NCBI GenBank assembly: GCA_963813715.1
Contig: CAWFAK010000017.1
Location: forward strand, 224,001 to 288,000
Direction of reading: 5' to 3'
Origin: an uncultured Planctomycetaceae bacterium
GTDB lineage: Bacteria > Planctomycetota > Planctomycetia > Planctomycetales > Planctomycetaceae
Length of the DNA: 64,000 nt
This document shows positions 31,831 to 43,249 of the stretch, one piece after another (position 1 is the stretch's first letter; every line of letters begins with the position of its first letter). Under the pieces are notes generated by a model that worked only from the letters and a program-made list of their open reading frames with translations, had not been told where the DNA came from and searched no databases. The translations under genes and the position numbers were made by a program.

Positions 31831-33114
31831 ATGGACGAAATGGATGCTCCGCGGTTGTCGATCGTGATTCCGGCGCTCAACGAGGAAGAGGCAATCGGTG
31901 ATACGATCCGACGTTGTCTCGCCGCACGGAACTACATTTGCGAATGCGCGGGACTGAGCGATGTCGAAGTGTTAGTCGTCAGCGACGGGTCGACCGATCG
32001 CACGGTTGAAATCGCCCACGGCTTTGACGAAATCAGCGTGATCGAATTCCCACAGAACCGGGGATACGGCGCGGCGATCAAAGAGGGCTGGCGCCAAAGT
32101 TCCGGATCGCTCTTGGCGTTTCTCGACGCCGATGGAACTTGTGATCCGCGCCATTTTGGGGAGATGTGCCGACTGGCGATCGCCGACTCGGCCGATGTCG
32201 TGCTCGGTTCGCGACTGGTACCCGGTTCGAAGATGCCTCGCATCCGGCGGATTGGCAACCATTTTTACGCTTTTGTGCTGGGGTTTCTATGCGGACGTCA
32301 TGTTACGGATACGGCCAGCGGTATGCGCGTCGTGCGGCGAAAGTCGCTACGACGGCTCTATCCGCTCCCCGACGGGTTGCACTTCACCCCCTCGATGAGC
32401 GCGCGGGCCCTACTCAACGACCTGCGCGTGATCGAAACGCCGATCAGTTATGACGAGCGCACCGGCGAAAGCAAATTGAGTGTCGTGCGGGACGGCGTTC
32501 GATTTCTTCAAACGATCTTCGATGGCGTGCTCTGTTATCGCCCAGAGCGTCTGCTGCTTTGCGGCGTGACCGCCTCGCTGATGTTGGTCTTGCTAATGGC
32601 GCTGCACCCGGTCGAACATTATGTTTCGACGCGACGAGTTGAGGAATGGATGATTTATCGATTCGTAGTGTGCCATTTTCTCGGGTCATTCGCGTTGTTG
32701 CTGCTTTTGGCAACCGCACTCACAAACGAGATGGCCAGCTTCGGACCGCGGCGACGTGAAGCCACTCCCTTCTGGCCGGCCTTGGTCTCGGCGCTGCTCC
32801 GCTGGCCGTCAGTGGCCGTGCTGATGGGCACGTTGAGCGCGGCCTCGCTCGTCCTGCTTTGCCCCGGCTTCGTGGAGTTCGTCGGGACTGGAAAAGTGCA
32901 CATGCACTGGTCGCGGCTGATTGCCGGAGCCTTCACAGTCTTCTCGGCGGCACAGACGGCCGTCTTTGCGCTCTTGATGAAAGTGATTTCGATCTGGCAA
33001 CGCGAGCGGGGCAACAGTCGCCAATCCGATTGCGATCTGTCGGTTCCACGGGGCCACCGTGCAACACGGCGAACGTTCGATCGCGCCCTGACGGCTTCAC
33101 GCAACGCTCCTTGA
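31831..33114 (+). CDS. GT2 polyprenol-phosphate glycosyltransferase-like protein with C-terminal TM region
   Basis: IPALNEE, DGSTD, GYGAA, DADG, GSR, DTASG. Confidence 0.9.
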   Translation: MDEMDAPRLSIVIPALNEEEAIGDTIRRCLAARNYICECAGLSDVEVLVVSDGSTDRTVEIAHGFDEISVIEFPQNRGYGAAIKEGWRQSSGSLLAFLDADGTCDPRHFGEMCRLAIADSADVVLGSRLVPGSKMPRIRRIGNHFYAFVLGFLCGRHVTDTASGMRVVRRKSLRRLYPLPDGLHFTPSMSARALLNDLRVIETPISYDERTGESKLSVVRDGVRFLQTIFDGVLCYRPERLLLCGVTASLMLVLLMALHPVEHYVSTRRVEEWMIYRFVVCHFLGSFALLLLLATALTNEMASFGPRRREATPFWPALVSALLRWPSVAVLMGTLSAASLVLLCPGFVEFVGTGKVHMHWSRLIAGAFTVFSAAQTAVFALLMKVISIWQRERGNSRQSDCDLSVPRGHRATRRTFDRALTASRNAP

Positions 33115-33163
33115 AAAGTCGACGAATGCTCACGCCATTTGGCACGGTTCGAGCGCCAGCCCC

Positions 33164-33958
33164 GTGAACGATCGGTCAAATAATTCGAAGCCCCAAAGCG
33201 CTGTGGGTGAGCGGACCTCCGTTGTGCACTGGGAGTCCGGCAAGGTTTGCGAAGAGGAAGCGTGGGAGGCCGCCTACAAGCGGTTCGAGACGCCCGAGGA
33301 AGAAATTCGGAAATTTGTGCGGCGTTATCGTCGACTTGGGCTCGAATCGCTTTCTCGATCATCGCAAGTGGTCGAGCTGTTTTGCGGTCGCGGCAACGGA
33401 CTCGTTGCACTCGAGCAGTTGGGCTTTCGCTCGATCGAAGGAGTTGACCTTTCGCCCGGATTGGCGGCCCGTTATCGCGGGTCGGCCCAGCTCTATGTCG
33501 GCGATTGCCGCCAACTCCACTTCGAGGAGGCCAGCAAGGATCTGGTCATTGTCCAAGGGGGATTGCACCACTTGCCGTCGCTGGCCGGCGACGTCGAACG
33601 CGTCTTCTGGCAGATCAATCGAATTCTCCGACCGACCGGACAAGTCGCGATCGTCGAGCCCTGGCTGACCCCCTTCTTGCGATTCGTTCACGCCGTCTCG
33701 AGCAATCAAATGGCACGGCGACTCTGGCCCAAGCTCGACGCGCTGGCGAGCATGAACGAGCGGGAACAGGTGACTTACGATGCCTGGCTCTCGCAGTCGC
33801 AGCTGATCCGCCGATTGTTACTCGATGCGTTTGTCCCCGAGCGGCAATTCGAGCGATTCGGTAAAATCTTTTTTCTCGGCCGGCCCCGGATCGGCTGGCT
33901 AAGATCAAGCGGGAACTCGACGTGTTCGACCGATCGCACGATGAAACGGCGGAGTTAG
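33164..33958 (+). CDS. Class I SAM-dependent methyltransferase
   Basis: VELFCGRG motif I, GVDLS, GGLHH, RILRPTG. Confidence 0.88.
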   Translation: MNDRSNNSKPQSAVGERTSVVHWESGKVCEEEAWEAAYKRFETPEEEIRKFVRRYRRLGLESLSRSSQVVELFCGRGNGLVALEQLGFRSIEGVDLSPGLAARYRGSAQLYVGDCRQLHFEEASKDLVIVQGGLHHLPSLAGDVERVFWQINRILRPTGQVAIVEPWLTPFLRFVHAVSSNQMARRLWPKLDALASMNEREQVTYDAWLSQSQLIRRLLLDAFVPERQFERFGKIFFLGRPRIGWLRSSGNSTCSTDRTMKRRS

Positions 33959-34158
33959 CGCCGAATGATTTTGACCCTTCTCAAACACTTCGCCAGCAGT
34001 GGCTTACGGCTGATTACGCGGCAAAGCGTCGAATTCTCGAAATCGTGTTTTTGAACTGCCGCCTGGACGACACAAATCTCGTCCCGACAATAAGAAAGCC
34101 CTTCGACGTTTTGGCCGAAGGGCTGATTTCTAAAAACAGTCGGGGCGACAGGATTTGA
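33889..34158 (+). mobile_element. C-terminal remnant of a large serine recombinase (integrase) abutting tRNA-Pro
   Basis: DRLAKIKRELDVFDRSHDETAELA...QWLTADYAAKRRILEIV.LNC.LD...RKPFDVLAEG resembles planctomycete recombinase-family C-termini (recalled, not searched); last codons lie within the tRNA 3' end. Confidence 0.65.
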
Positions 34159-34214
34159 ACCTGCGACCTCTTGGTCCCGAACCAAGCGCTCTAGCCAGGC
34201 TGAGCCACGCCCCG
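34140..34214 (-). tRNA. tRNA-Pro, anticodon CGG (CCA not encoded)
   Basis: CGGGGCG acceptor stem, CTTGG-TTCGGGA-CCAAG anticodon arm, GGTTCAAATCC T-arm. Confidence 0.97.
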
Positions 34215-34488
34215 TGGGAATCGTGCCGTTTTTGCTCGCTCGAGCGGCTGCCTTAGCCGGCGGCACGGTCGGGCGACGGCGCGCATTCTAGCAGGATGAC
34301 CGGTCGGGTCAATGTGGTCGCAAATTGTGGCCTCCGACCGATTGTCTGACCGGCAAAAGCCGCCGCTGTCGGCCGACCGAAGTTCGAAGCGCAAACGAGT
34401 GCGATCGGAGGCCTTCTCGCGGGATTCGACCCTTTTCCTATAATGGAAATGAATGTGGGTCAGCGAGTGTCCTCATGGGAGCGCATTT

Positions 34489-34860
34489 GTGAGTGAGTTT
34501 GTCGAACCCGTCGGTAAGCGGGTCCTGGTTCGTAAGGATGAAGCTCGGCAAAAGACGCGGGGAGGGATCGTGCTTCCCGATGCGGCGGAAATTCCCACCA
34601 TCACCGGACGGGTCGTGGAAGTCAGCGTGCAAGTTGCTCGCGACGAGGATTTTCCCATTCGCAAGTACGACAAAATCCTCTTCCACCCGAAGAACGCCAT
34701 TCCGGTCGATTTCGAGCCGGATAATCTGCTCTTTGTCGTTCCCATCGACGATGTTGTGGCCGTCTTTCGGCCGACGCGAAACAAGGAGCCGAAGGGGAAA
34801 AATGGGGACTCGCTCGGCGACGATGAGATTCCCGAAACCGACGGCCTCGAGCACGATTGA
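34489..34860 (+). CDS. groES: Co-chaperonin GroES (Cpn10) family, no adjacent groEL
   Basis: EPVGKRVLV...KTRGGIVLPDAA...GRVVEV. Confidence 0.85.
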   Translation: MSEFVEPVGKRVLVRKDEARQKTRGGIVLPDAAEIPTITGRVVEVSVQVARDEDFPIRKYDKILFHPKNAIPVDFEPDNLLFVVPIDDVVAVFRPTRNKEPKGKNGDSLGDDEIPETDGLEHD

Positions 34861-34945
34861 GCGACGCTCACGCGCGAACGACGCGGGGGCGCTTGGCGGG
34901 AATATGGCCGACCATGCCAACAGCCGGCGGCTGCCGGTCGACGCG

Positions 34946-35891
34946 CTAGGTTAGCTTGAGCAGCTTTTCGGCGTTCCCGCGAAAGACTTTTTGCTGCGCC
35001 TGTTCGGGCAGATTGAACGAGTCGAGCAACTGGAACTGCGGCACAGGCTGTCCGGGTTGCAGGTAGTCCGTGCCAAACAGCAGGCGGTCCTGGCGGCGAA
35101 TTAAGAACTCGCGGCCGAACGCAGGGTCGCGGCCGATGGCCTCGGCTCCCGATCCGGCGGATAGATCGCCCCAAAGATTGGGGTACGTGTCCATCAGCTT
35201 GTCGATCGCGCCTCCGGGGGTTACAGGGCGTGGCCGATAGCTCATGAAGTCGGCCGCTTTTGCATCTCCCGAGATTGAAGCCCACCATCCTGGTCCGTGG
35301 CCGATGAACGTCAGCTTGGGGAACGTCGCCAACGCGTGCGCCAGGCGAGGCAAGCCGGGCTGGTCCTTGCCGCGCAGGGTGTCCATGTGAAAGAGCAGCG
35401 GGATGCCGATCTTCTCGCACACCTCATAGATCTGCATCATCAGCGGATCGTCGAAGTCGAGTCCGACCTTGTGTTCGCCGAATCCCTTAGCTCCCAGGTC
35501 GACGTAACGGCGAATGATGCTCTCGAAGCCGCGGACCCCTCCGACGACCGACGTGCGCGGGTCGATCGAGCAGAACGGAATCAGCCGATCTGGGAATTCC
35601 TTGGCGGCCTGAAGCGCTCCCTCGGTCAGACAGAGGAAACTCGAAGACTCGGGCGAGGTTAGCGGGAGCACGACCGCCTTGGCGACGTCGTGCTCATCCA
35701 TCCAACGGACGAGGAGCGATGCAGTCAGTTCCTTGTTGCCGTTCCAAATGGTGCCGACGTGCGTGTGCACATCGATGTATTTGGACGCCTTTTTGCCTGG
35801 CGGAGCGGCCGTCGCGGTCAGGTGTTGGGCGGCGGCACAATGCGCTGACGCCCGTCGCCAGGCGGCGGTGAAATTCACGTCGATTCATCAT
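34946..35891 (-). CDS. Amidohydrolase_2 family protein with Tat signal (frameshift in the signal region)
   Basis: MNRREF, IDVHTH, GFGEHK, LLFGTDY. Confidence 0.88.
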
Positions 35892-36027
35892 GCGGGACTT
35901 TTTGGGACGTTGGCGAGCTCGCCTCGAGATCTCAAGCGCAGGCGCCAACCCGACCCGCTGACCCCGCTGCGGATCTCGAATCCGCGCTGCGGACGAGGAC
36001 GGGTTGCGTCCTCGCGGCTCGGGCCGC

Positions 36028-36274
36028 TTATTTGGTCGACTTGTCGGGCACTGATTTGGGCGGCTTCACCCCCAGCGTGCCGGTGGTCGAGCCGCTTTCG
36101 TCTGCGCCGTCCCTTCTTTTTGGCCGGTTTGGCGTCGCCCTTCTTGCCGAGGTCCACCGTGGGCTCGGCTACGGGTTTGGCCGGAGGCTGTTCGGTACAG
36201 CCGACGCCAATGACCGGAACGACTGCCAGCGACAGGATTGCCAGCAGGGTCACAAACTCTCGCACAAACCTCAT
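36028..36274 (-). CDS. Small Lys/Pro-rich putative lipoprotein (frameshifted; end uncertain)
   Basis: MRFVREFVTLLAILSLAVVPVIGVG-C signal/lipobox. Confidence 0.5.
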
Positions 36275-36457
36275 TCGGGACGCCCTTTCAATCGATTCGA
36301 GTGAACGGGGGTGCCGGAATAGTCCACCCCCCGTCCGTCTATTTAATTCGGCCTGCGCGGTTGTGCAACCAATCTGCAAACTGACCTGAGCTGGTATCGT
36401 TTTCGTTGTCGCCCGGTATGCTGGAAAACGGCGAAAGCTCATCAAGTGGGTCGATCC

Positions 36458-37973
36458 GTGATGCCAAAACGTGTGCTGTTGGCCGGGCTGTTCCACGAGA
36501 CGCATACGTTTCTCGACGGGACGACGCCGCTGTCGGAATTCTCGATCCGCGGCGGAGACGAACTGCTGGCTGCGGCTGGCGACGGTTCCCCCCTGTCCGG
36601 CGTTCTCGAAGTGGCCGCCACATGTCGGTGGGACGTGCGTCCGGTTGTCGATCTGCGGGCGACGCCGAGCGCGACGGTCGAGGACGCCGTCTTCGAGTTC
36701 TTCTGGCAGCAATTCGCGACCGCCTACGAACGGGAACGAGCAGCCGGACTGGACGGGATTTTTCTCGTCCTGCACGGAGCGATGGCGTGTGCGAGCGTCC
36801 GCGACGTGGAAGGGGAACTGATCGACCGGATTCGTGCGCTGCCGGGCGCTCGCGAGCTGCCGGTCTGCGGCGTTCTCGATCTGCACGGCAATTTGTCGCG
36901 CCGCACCATCGAGCAATCTCAGGGGTTGATCGCCTACCGCATGAACCCGCATACCGACGCCCGGCAGGCCGCCGTCGACGCAGCACGGCTCTTGGATCGG
37001 ATTCTGACTACGGGACGGCAGCCCTTAAGTCTCTTCGAGCCGTGTTCGCTCCTGCTGCCGCCGACCGCAACAGGCACGGCCGACGAACCGATGAAGACAC
37101 TCGAGGAGCTGGCCCGTCAGGCCGAACGGGACGATCCGGATCTGGCCGCGGTCAACGTCTTCGCCGGCTACTCCTTCGCAGACACTTTCGACACCGGACT
37201 CAGCTTTTCGGCCATCACCTTTGGCGATCCGACAAAAGCCCGGCGTCGGCTGCGCGAGCTTTGCGACGTTGCGATTGCCAATCGACGGCTGGCGCACGTC
37301 GTCGACTTGCCGCTCGCCGAGTGTTTGCCGCGAATCCTGCGCGTGCATTGAACGCGGGCAAACGCCGATAGCACTGGTCGAACCGGCGGACAACATCGGC
37401 GGCGGCGCGCCGGGCGATGCGCCAACCTTGCTGCGGACGTTGATCGAGCAACGTATGACTGGTGCGGCCGTCGTGTTGAACGATCCGGAGGCTGTCGCGG
37501 CCCTCGCGGGCGTCGCGATTGGCGGCGCGACGCGGCTGCGGATTGGTGGCAAGGTCAGCCGTCTCACCGATCCGCCGCTCGACCTGGAGTTGACCATCGT
37601 TTCGCGGAGCAACGGCCGTTTTGAACTGGAGGATCGTGAAAGTCATCTGGCGTCGATGTGTGGCGTGCGAATCGACATGGGGCCATGCGCCGTGGTGCGA
37701 GCCGCGGGCGTCACGATCTTGTTGACGAGCAAGAAGACGCCGCCATTCGACTTGGGCCAGTTGCGCAGCCAGGGAATCGAACCGGAGAAACTGTCGGTCA
37801 TCGGCGTCAAGGCGGCGGTGGCGCACCGTCGCGCGTACGATCGCGTCGTCAAGGCGAGCTTTACGGTCGCAACGCCCGGCCCCTGTAGCAGCGACCTGCG
37901 GAGCTTTCCGTATCAGCACCTTCGTCGGCCGATCGAGCCGCTGGACGATCTCGCCGAGACGGGCGTCGATTAG
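36458..37973 (+). CDS. M81 family metallopeptidase (MlrC-like); frameshift near 37340
   Basis: HETHTF, LHGAM, DLHGN, PHTD, DNIGGGAPGD. Confidence 0.9.
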
Positions 37974-38017
37974 GCGGCAACGATCACCGACAACGGGCGC
38001 GGAAGGCTCGTGCCGGC

Positions 38018-39142
38018 CTACTTGGGAGCAGCGGAAGTCAGTCGGGCCGTCCAGGGGCTGCGCGGATAATGCTCCTGCAAGCGGGCGGCGGCGTCGGCGG
38101 CTCGGTCCGGCTTGCCGTCCTGCGAGAAGAGCCGCGACAGATAATAGAGCGCCTCGGCGTGCTGCTTCTTTTCCTTGGGGAACAGGATGTCGACGCGGAG
38201 ATAGGCCAGGATGGCTTCTTTCGTGCGGCCGCCGGCCTGGTAACAGTCCCCCAGCCGAATGCAGGTCTCCGCGAGCGTTTTGGTGTCGTCGTCGGAGGCT
38301 TCATCGAGGATGCCGGTGAGCAAGTCGGTCGCCGGTTGGAATTTCGACTGCTTTTGCAAGCAGGAGGCCTTGGTCAACAGAGCCTCGTAGCGACGCGATT
38401 TCTCCGCCGGCGTGGAGGGGGCCACGGCGATCACGCCGTCGAGTGCTTTGAGCGCCGCGCCGACGTCGTCGTGGGCAAGTGCCACTTTGGCCTTGAGAAT
38501 ATCGGTCTCCATCTTGAAATCGGTCCAGGGAGCGTCGGACATTGCTTGCAGAGCGGCATTTCCTTTTTCGACATCGCCCTTATTCATGTAGAGCTGGGCC
38601 AAGAGACGCATCGCCTCGTAATAGCGAAAGCTCGCAGAATGATTGGTGCGAAACTTTTCCAGGAGCCCGATCGCGCTGTCGTACTGGTCCTCGTCCTTGA
38701 GGGCTTTGGCCGCCGTCGCCCGGGCGATGTCAAATTCCAGGTCGGTCCGCAGGTTTTCGTTTGTGGCAAGCTTGAGCGCGGTGTCATAGCCGGCGATGGC
38801 CTTATCGTACTGCCCGTTGCGCTCTTCGATGCGGTTCTGGCTGACCTGCGGACTCTCCGCCTCCCAGCGAATCCGCTCAACTTCGTTGGCCGGGATGCGA
38901 TAGTCCTTTTTGTTAGTGCGTCCCGTCAGCACCACTTCCGTGCGGGTCACCGACGTGATATCGCCATGAAGCGGCGTCGTCGACCCTCGGCGATAGACCG
39001 CGTCATCCGCGGAGAGGCGCGCGCCGGCGGTTAGCCATAGGCACAACAGTGCGGCCGCAAGAAGCCGCGAGAGCGAACGGAGGTCGATTCGAATGATTTG
39101 TCGGCGAGGCACAGGCCAGTTCCTCTCTCGCGGGTCTTTCAT
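38018..39142 (-). CDS. Exported tetratricopeptide repeat protein
   Basis: Signal peptide; TPR helices (LGDCY...EAILAYLRVDILFP, YPRSPW). Confidence 0.8.
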   Translation of the reverse strand: MKDPRERNWPVPRRQIIRIDLRSLSRLLAAALLCLWLTAGARLSADDAVYRRGSTTPLHGDITSVTRTEVVLTGRTNKKDYRIPANEVERIRWEAESPQVSQNRIEERNGQYDKAIAGYDTALKLATNENLRTDLEFDIARATAAKALKDEDQYDSAIGLLEKFRTNHSASFRYYEAMRLLAQLYMNKGDVEKGNAALQAMSDAPWTDFKMETDILKAKVALAHDDVGAALKALDGVIAVAPSTPAEKSRRYEALLTKASCLQKQSKFQPATDLLTGILDEASDDDTKTLAETCIRLGDCYQAGGRTKEAILAYLRVDILFPKEKKQHAEALYYLSRLFSQDGKPDRAADAAARLQEHYPRSPWTARLTSAAPK

Positions 39143-42100
39143 TGGTCTTTCGCCTTTGGCCGGGGCGGACGCGGAGCGGTGGCTTTGACCGGCGCCGCGC
39201 CCGGCTTTTCCGTGCGGACCGGAGCCGTTCCCGGAGCGGCGGTGCGGGTCGGGCGAGCGGCCGAGGGCGCACCGGCCGGGCGGGCAGGACGCGAAGGCAA
39301 ATCGACATCGTCGTCAGCCGCGAACGAAGGCAAAGTCTTGCGATGCGTCTTCTGACGTCCGAGTCCCCACCACATGCCTCCGGCGGAAACGGTGGCGAGC
39401 GCTAGAAATCCCAGCAGCAGCCAGAATGGCGACGTGCCGCTTGGGGCCGGGGCGCTCGCCGTTTTGACGGCTGGCGGCGGCGCGGTAGCGGTGGTTGTGC
39501 CGGTAGCCGTTGGTGCGACTTCCGGTGACCCGGAAGCGGCCGCGGGGGTCGCGCCTGGAGTCGCCGCCACCGCCGTCGCACGCAGGTCGGGTCGGGCAAG
39601 CGGCGTCGGCTGTCGTCCGAGGTCAGTTTCAATTTGCTGATAGAGGCTGTCCAAGCGCTTCCAGGAATCCTCGCCGACGTCGGAAGAAACGAGCGAGAAG
39701 GCCCGGATTTCGCCCAGAGCTACTTCGAGGATTTTGGACCGCATCGCACGGTCCTTGTCGACGAGAGCGCATTGCCGTCGGCACGCGGGGATGTTGTAGC
39801 GGGCCTCGAAATACTTTTCGCGGAGGTCGTTGTCGGCTTTGCCACCGGCGAGCACGCGCTGAATCCGCGCGGCGATCTCGGCCCAGCCCCAAACCACGCC
39901 GCTGCCGCCTTCCCCATCGTGCAGGCCGCGGATCGCCTCGAGCGAGCGGCGCTCGGCGTCAGCACTTTGGGACGCACCCCAGTCCTGCAGAATACCGGCC
40001 GCCGTGATTTGCACCTCGAGCGTTTTTGGCCGTTGGGCGATGACCGAGCGCACGGTTTCGAGCGCGTGCTCGTAATCGCCCTGACGCCGCCGGGAGTTCG
40101 CGAGTCGTAGCTGGAAGCTTAGAGCCCGCTCCTTGGCGGCCGGCGACGGATCGGACGCGGTCTTGGCGAGGATCTGTTCGTAGGTGGCGGCGGCTTTGCC
40201 GAAATATTCATGAGCCGCCGATTCGTCGTCGGAAATCCCCTCCCCGAGCCCGGTGTAGGTTTCGGCAATCCACAGCAAGGAACCGTACGACATCGTCTGG
40301 CTGCGCTTCGTCAGTTCCTCGAGAAATCGGTCAAACGATTTGCGGACTTCGATCAGTCTCTGGCGATGCATTGGAGGCGATCAGTCGGGCGATCTCCTTT
40401 TCGATCTCTTTGCCCAGCGACACATAGATCGCCGTGACCCCCTCGACCCCGCTAGCGCCCGCGATCTTCTCGAGTTGCTGCATGGCGCCAATTGCCGCGT
40501 CAACCTGGTGCCGGCCGATCTGGGCGCGCAGCAAAGACTGATAGACGAAGCTGGCGAAGGTCTTGTTCTTGACTCCTGCAGACGGGCGGGCCGTCTCGTC
40601 GTTGACGGCAATCGATGCTGTGACGGAATGTGCGCCTTCGGTCAGCAGCCGCACCGCTTCGTCGTAATTGCCCTGCCCGATCTCGAGGTTGGCAAGCACC
40701 GTCTTCCCGGAAACGAGCCACGCGGGCGGATTGCCGGCCGAGTCAGCCGGATCGCCGGCCTTGCCGATGCCGTTTTGCAGGTGTTTTTCGGCCGAGGCCG
40801 TCCACTCCTTAATCTGCGCCTCGCGCGAGGGGCCGCCGGCCACGGTTTTCGGCGCCGACAGGGCCGCGCTCCAATACTCGCGGCCCGCGCCGATCTGCGC
40901 CTCGGCATATCCGTCTGAACCAGGCGTTACGCTCGCATACCACTGCGCGGCCTCGAGCGGCTGCTTGGACTGATCGTAGAGCTCCGCCATGATCGCGCGG
41001 GCATCGTTCGCGCGGTCCTGATCGGGCCAGTTGTGAATCAGAAATTCGGCCGTCGGCCGGGCGATGCGGGCCAGGACGGGCCGCTGCGATTCCGGGCACG
41101 TCTTAAATTCCTGGTCCAGTGCGGCCAGGGACACGTGCGCCGCGTCGCGGGCCCATTCGGAGTCGATCGTCTTCAAACGCCGGGCGGCGTAGTCGCCCAA
41201 GACGGCGGCCGCGTCGTAGTCCTTCAATTCGTATTCGACGAAGGCCAGGTAATAGCGCGCGCGGTTCAGATCCTTCGGGTCGCGACGCAAGTCGGCCGTC
41301 GACATCACGTTCATCAGCTTCTGGCGGGCGTCACGCAACTGCGCTTGCAGCTCGCGTTCGATTTTCGGTTTGTCGTCGGCGCTGGCCGATTCCAGCCGCT
41401 CGTGCAGGCCCTGGATGGCCTCGACGCTTTTGGCGGCGAGGGCGAAACCGGAGACGAAGTCACGCGCCTCCGCCCGCTTACTGACGGTGTCAGTCCGTAG
41501 CCGGCCCAGCATCGCCACCGCCGGCGTCTGGAACTCGCCGGTCACCCGGCTGACCTCCCGCGCATCGTCGGCCGCCGAGTGGAGTAGACGATCGCGATCG
41601 GCCGGACTGCTGTCCTTCGCCGCAGCGAGGTGTTCGGAAGCGACGGCACGCTGCCAGCGGATCGCCAGCCCTACTGGAGTTCGAAGGCGGTCCTTGGCGG
41701 CGGCCAGCCAGTTGGTCGCCTCGTTGACGACGATAAAGTCGTTCTTGCCGGGCTTCGAGTTCAAGCACGACAGGTGAGCCAGCGTGGCGTCGTCGCGGAG
41801 TTGCTTGATGAAATTGCTCGTTCCCTGCTTTTGCGAGAGCTGGCTGTAGATCCCGAGGGCCTCGGTCGTTTTGCCCATCTCCTCGAAGCAGCGCCCCTCC
41901 CAGAACTGGGCGCGGAGGCCGGCTCCCTGAGTACGATAGGTGACCATGATCTGGTCGAACTGTTTGACTGCCTGGTCGAGAGTCTTTTTGAAGTCGTCGG
42001 ACTTGGGATCGTAAGTCCGCCCCTCCTCGTAGCTGCAGACGCCCAGCATGATCTGCGCGCCCATGTAGCTCGATTCGGCCTGGCTGCGGGCCTCGCTGGC

Positions 42101-42691
42101 CTTGGGGTCGTCGAGATGGGTCTTGGGAAACTTTTCGTACTCGGCCTTCGAGCGGTCAAACACCGTCTGAAAGATGGCCCGCGATTCGTCGATCAGCTTG
42201 CGGGCTTTTTTCTGCGCGGTCTCGCGCTTGAATTGCGGGTCCTGCGACGTGACGCCGGCAAGCGCCGCCCGTGCCTCGTCAAGGTGCAGGTTGGCCCGCT
42301 CGAAATCGGCCGTGGCGCACTGTGGGCTGTTGGGATGCGCCTTCGCGAATTTCTCCAATTCGGCGGCCGCTCGTTGCAGCTCCCGCGCTTGCGAGGTTGC
42401 GTTTACGAGGGTCCGCGCCGCCTGCAACTGCGTGACGGCTCGCTCAAAATCGAGCGTGGCAGCCATCTCCGGCGAGAGATGTGGTTGCGCTTTGAGCCGA
42501 TCGATCTCGACCAGAGCGTAATCGTATAGCCCGTGCTCCCGCAGGCCGCGGAGGAACGCCATTTCCAGCGACGAGGCCCGGAGCGGCTGGCCGCTCGCGA
42601 CAAGCAGGACGATCGCGGTCAGTACGATCCGCGCGGGGCAACGGCGGCAGTGAACGACACCCGTGTACAATCCGTGCCGGCCTGGCTGCAT
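39139..42691 (-). CDS. Large exported TPR-like helical protein with C-terminal TM anchor; frameshift near 40350
   Basis: Signal peptide, FLRGLREHG.YD, helical repeats; the two ORFs overlap and continue each other. Confidence 0.75.
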
Positions 42692-42850
42692 GAGGCTTCC
42701 GTTGGATCGCGATCGCGGCGAAGTGGAAAGGCGATGCGTTCGGCTGGTCGGACAAAGCGGGAAGGCTTGTGATCAGCCGAATCACTCAGCGGCAATAATG
42801 CCGTGGCAATTATACCCGAATTGGTCGCGGCCGAGACAGGCGCGAGCCGC

Positions 42851-43249
42851 TTAGAGCCCGCTGCGATGGCCAACCGGCCCGTCCGCCGATTCGGACGAGC
42901 GGTAGAGTTCTTCGCCCAGCGAGCCGCTTGACCCGGGGTGGTGCGGCGCGGCGGCCGGCGTTGCCGGAGCCCCCACGGTCGTCGCCTCGACGGAAGTCGG
43001 GCTGGCCGTCGGCGTGTTCTCAGGAACGGCCGGACGCGATGTGGCCACCGCCCGGATGAGTAGAATTCCCATCCCCAGCACGAGGATCGATGCGGAGCCG
43101 GCGGCAATCATCCGGTGCGAGACCTTCTGACGAACGGTCGCCTGGACGGCGCTCTTCAGCACCTGTTCCCGATGCCGTTTGCAGGGGGAGGGATGAAAGA
43201 CCGACTCTTCAACCAGTTCTTCGACTTGCTCCAGCGGCAACTCAGGCAT
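42851..43249 (-). CDS. Putative single-TM anti-sigma factor
   Basis: Overlaps the ECF stop; one TM helix. Confidence 0.55.
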   Translation of the reverse strand: MPELPLEQVEELVEESVFHPSPCKRHREQVLKSAVQATVRQKVSHRMIAAGSASILVLGMGILLIRAVATSRPAVPENTPTASPTSVEATTVGAPATPAAAPHHPGSSGSLGEELYRSSESADGPVGHRSGL

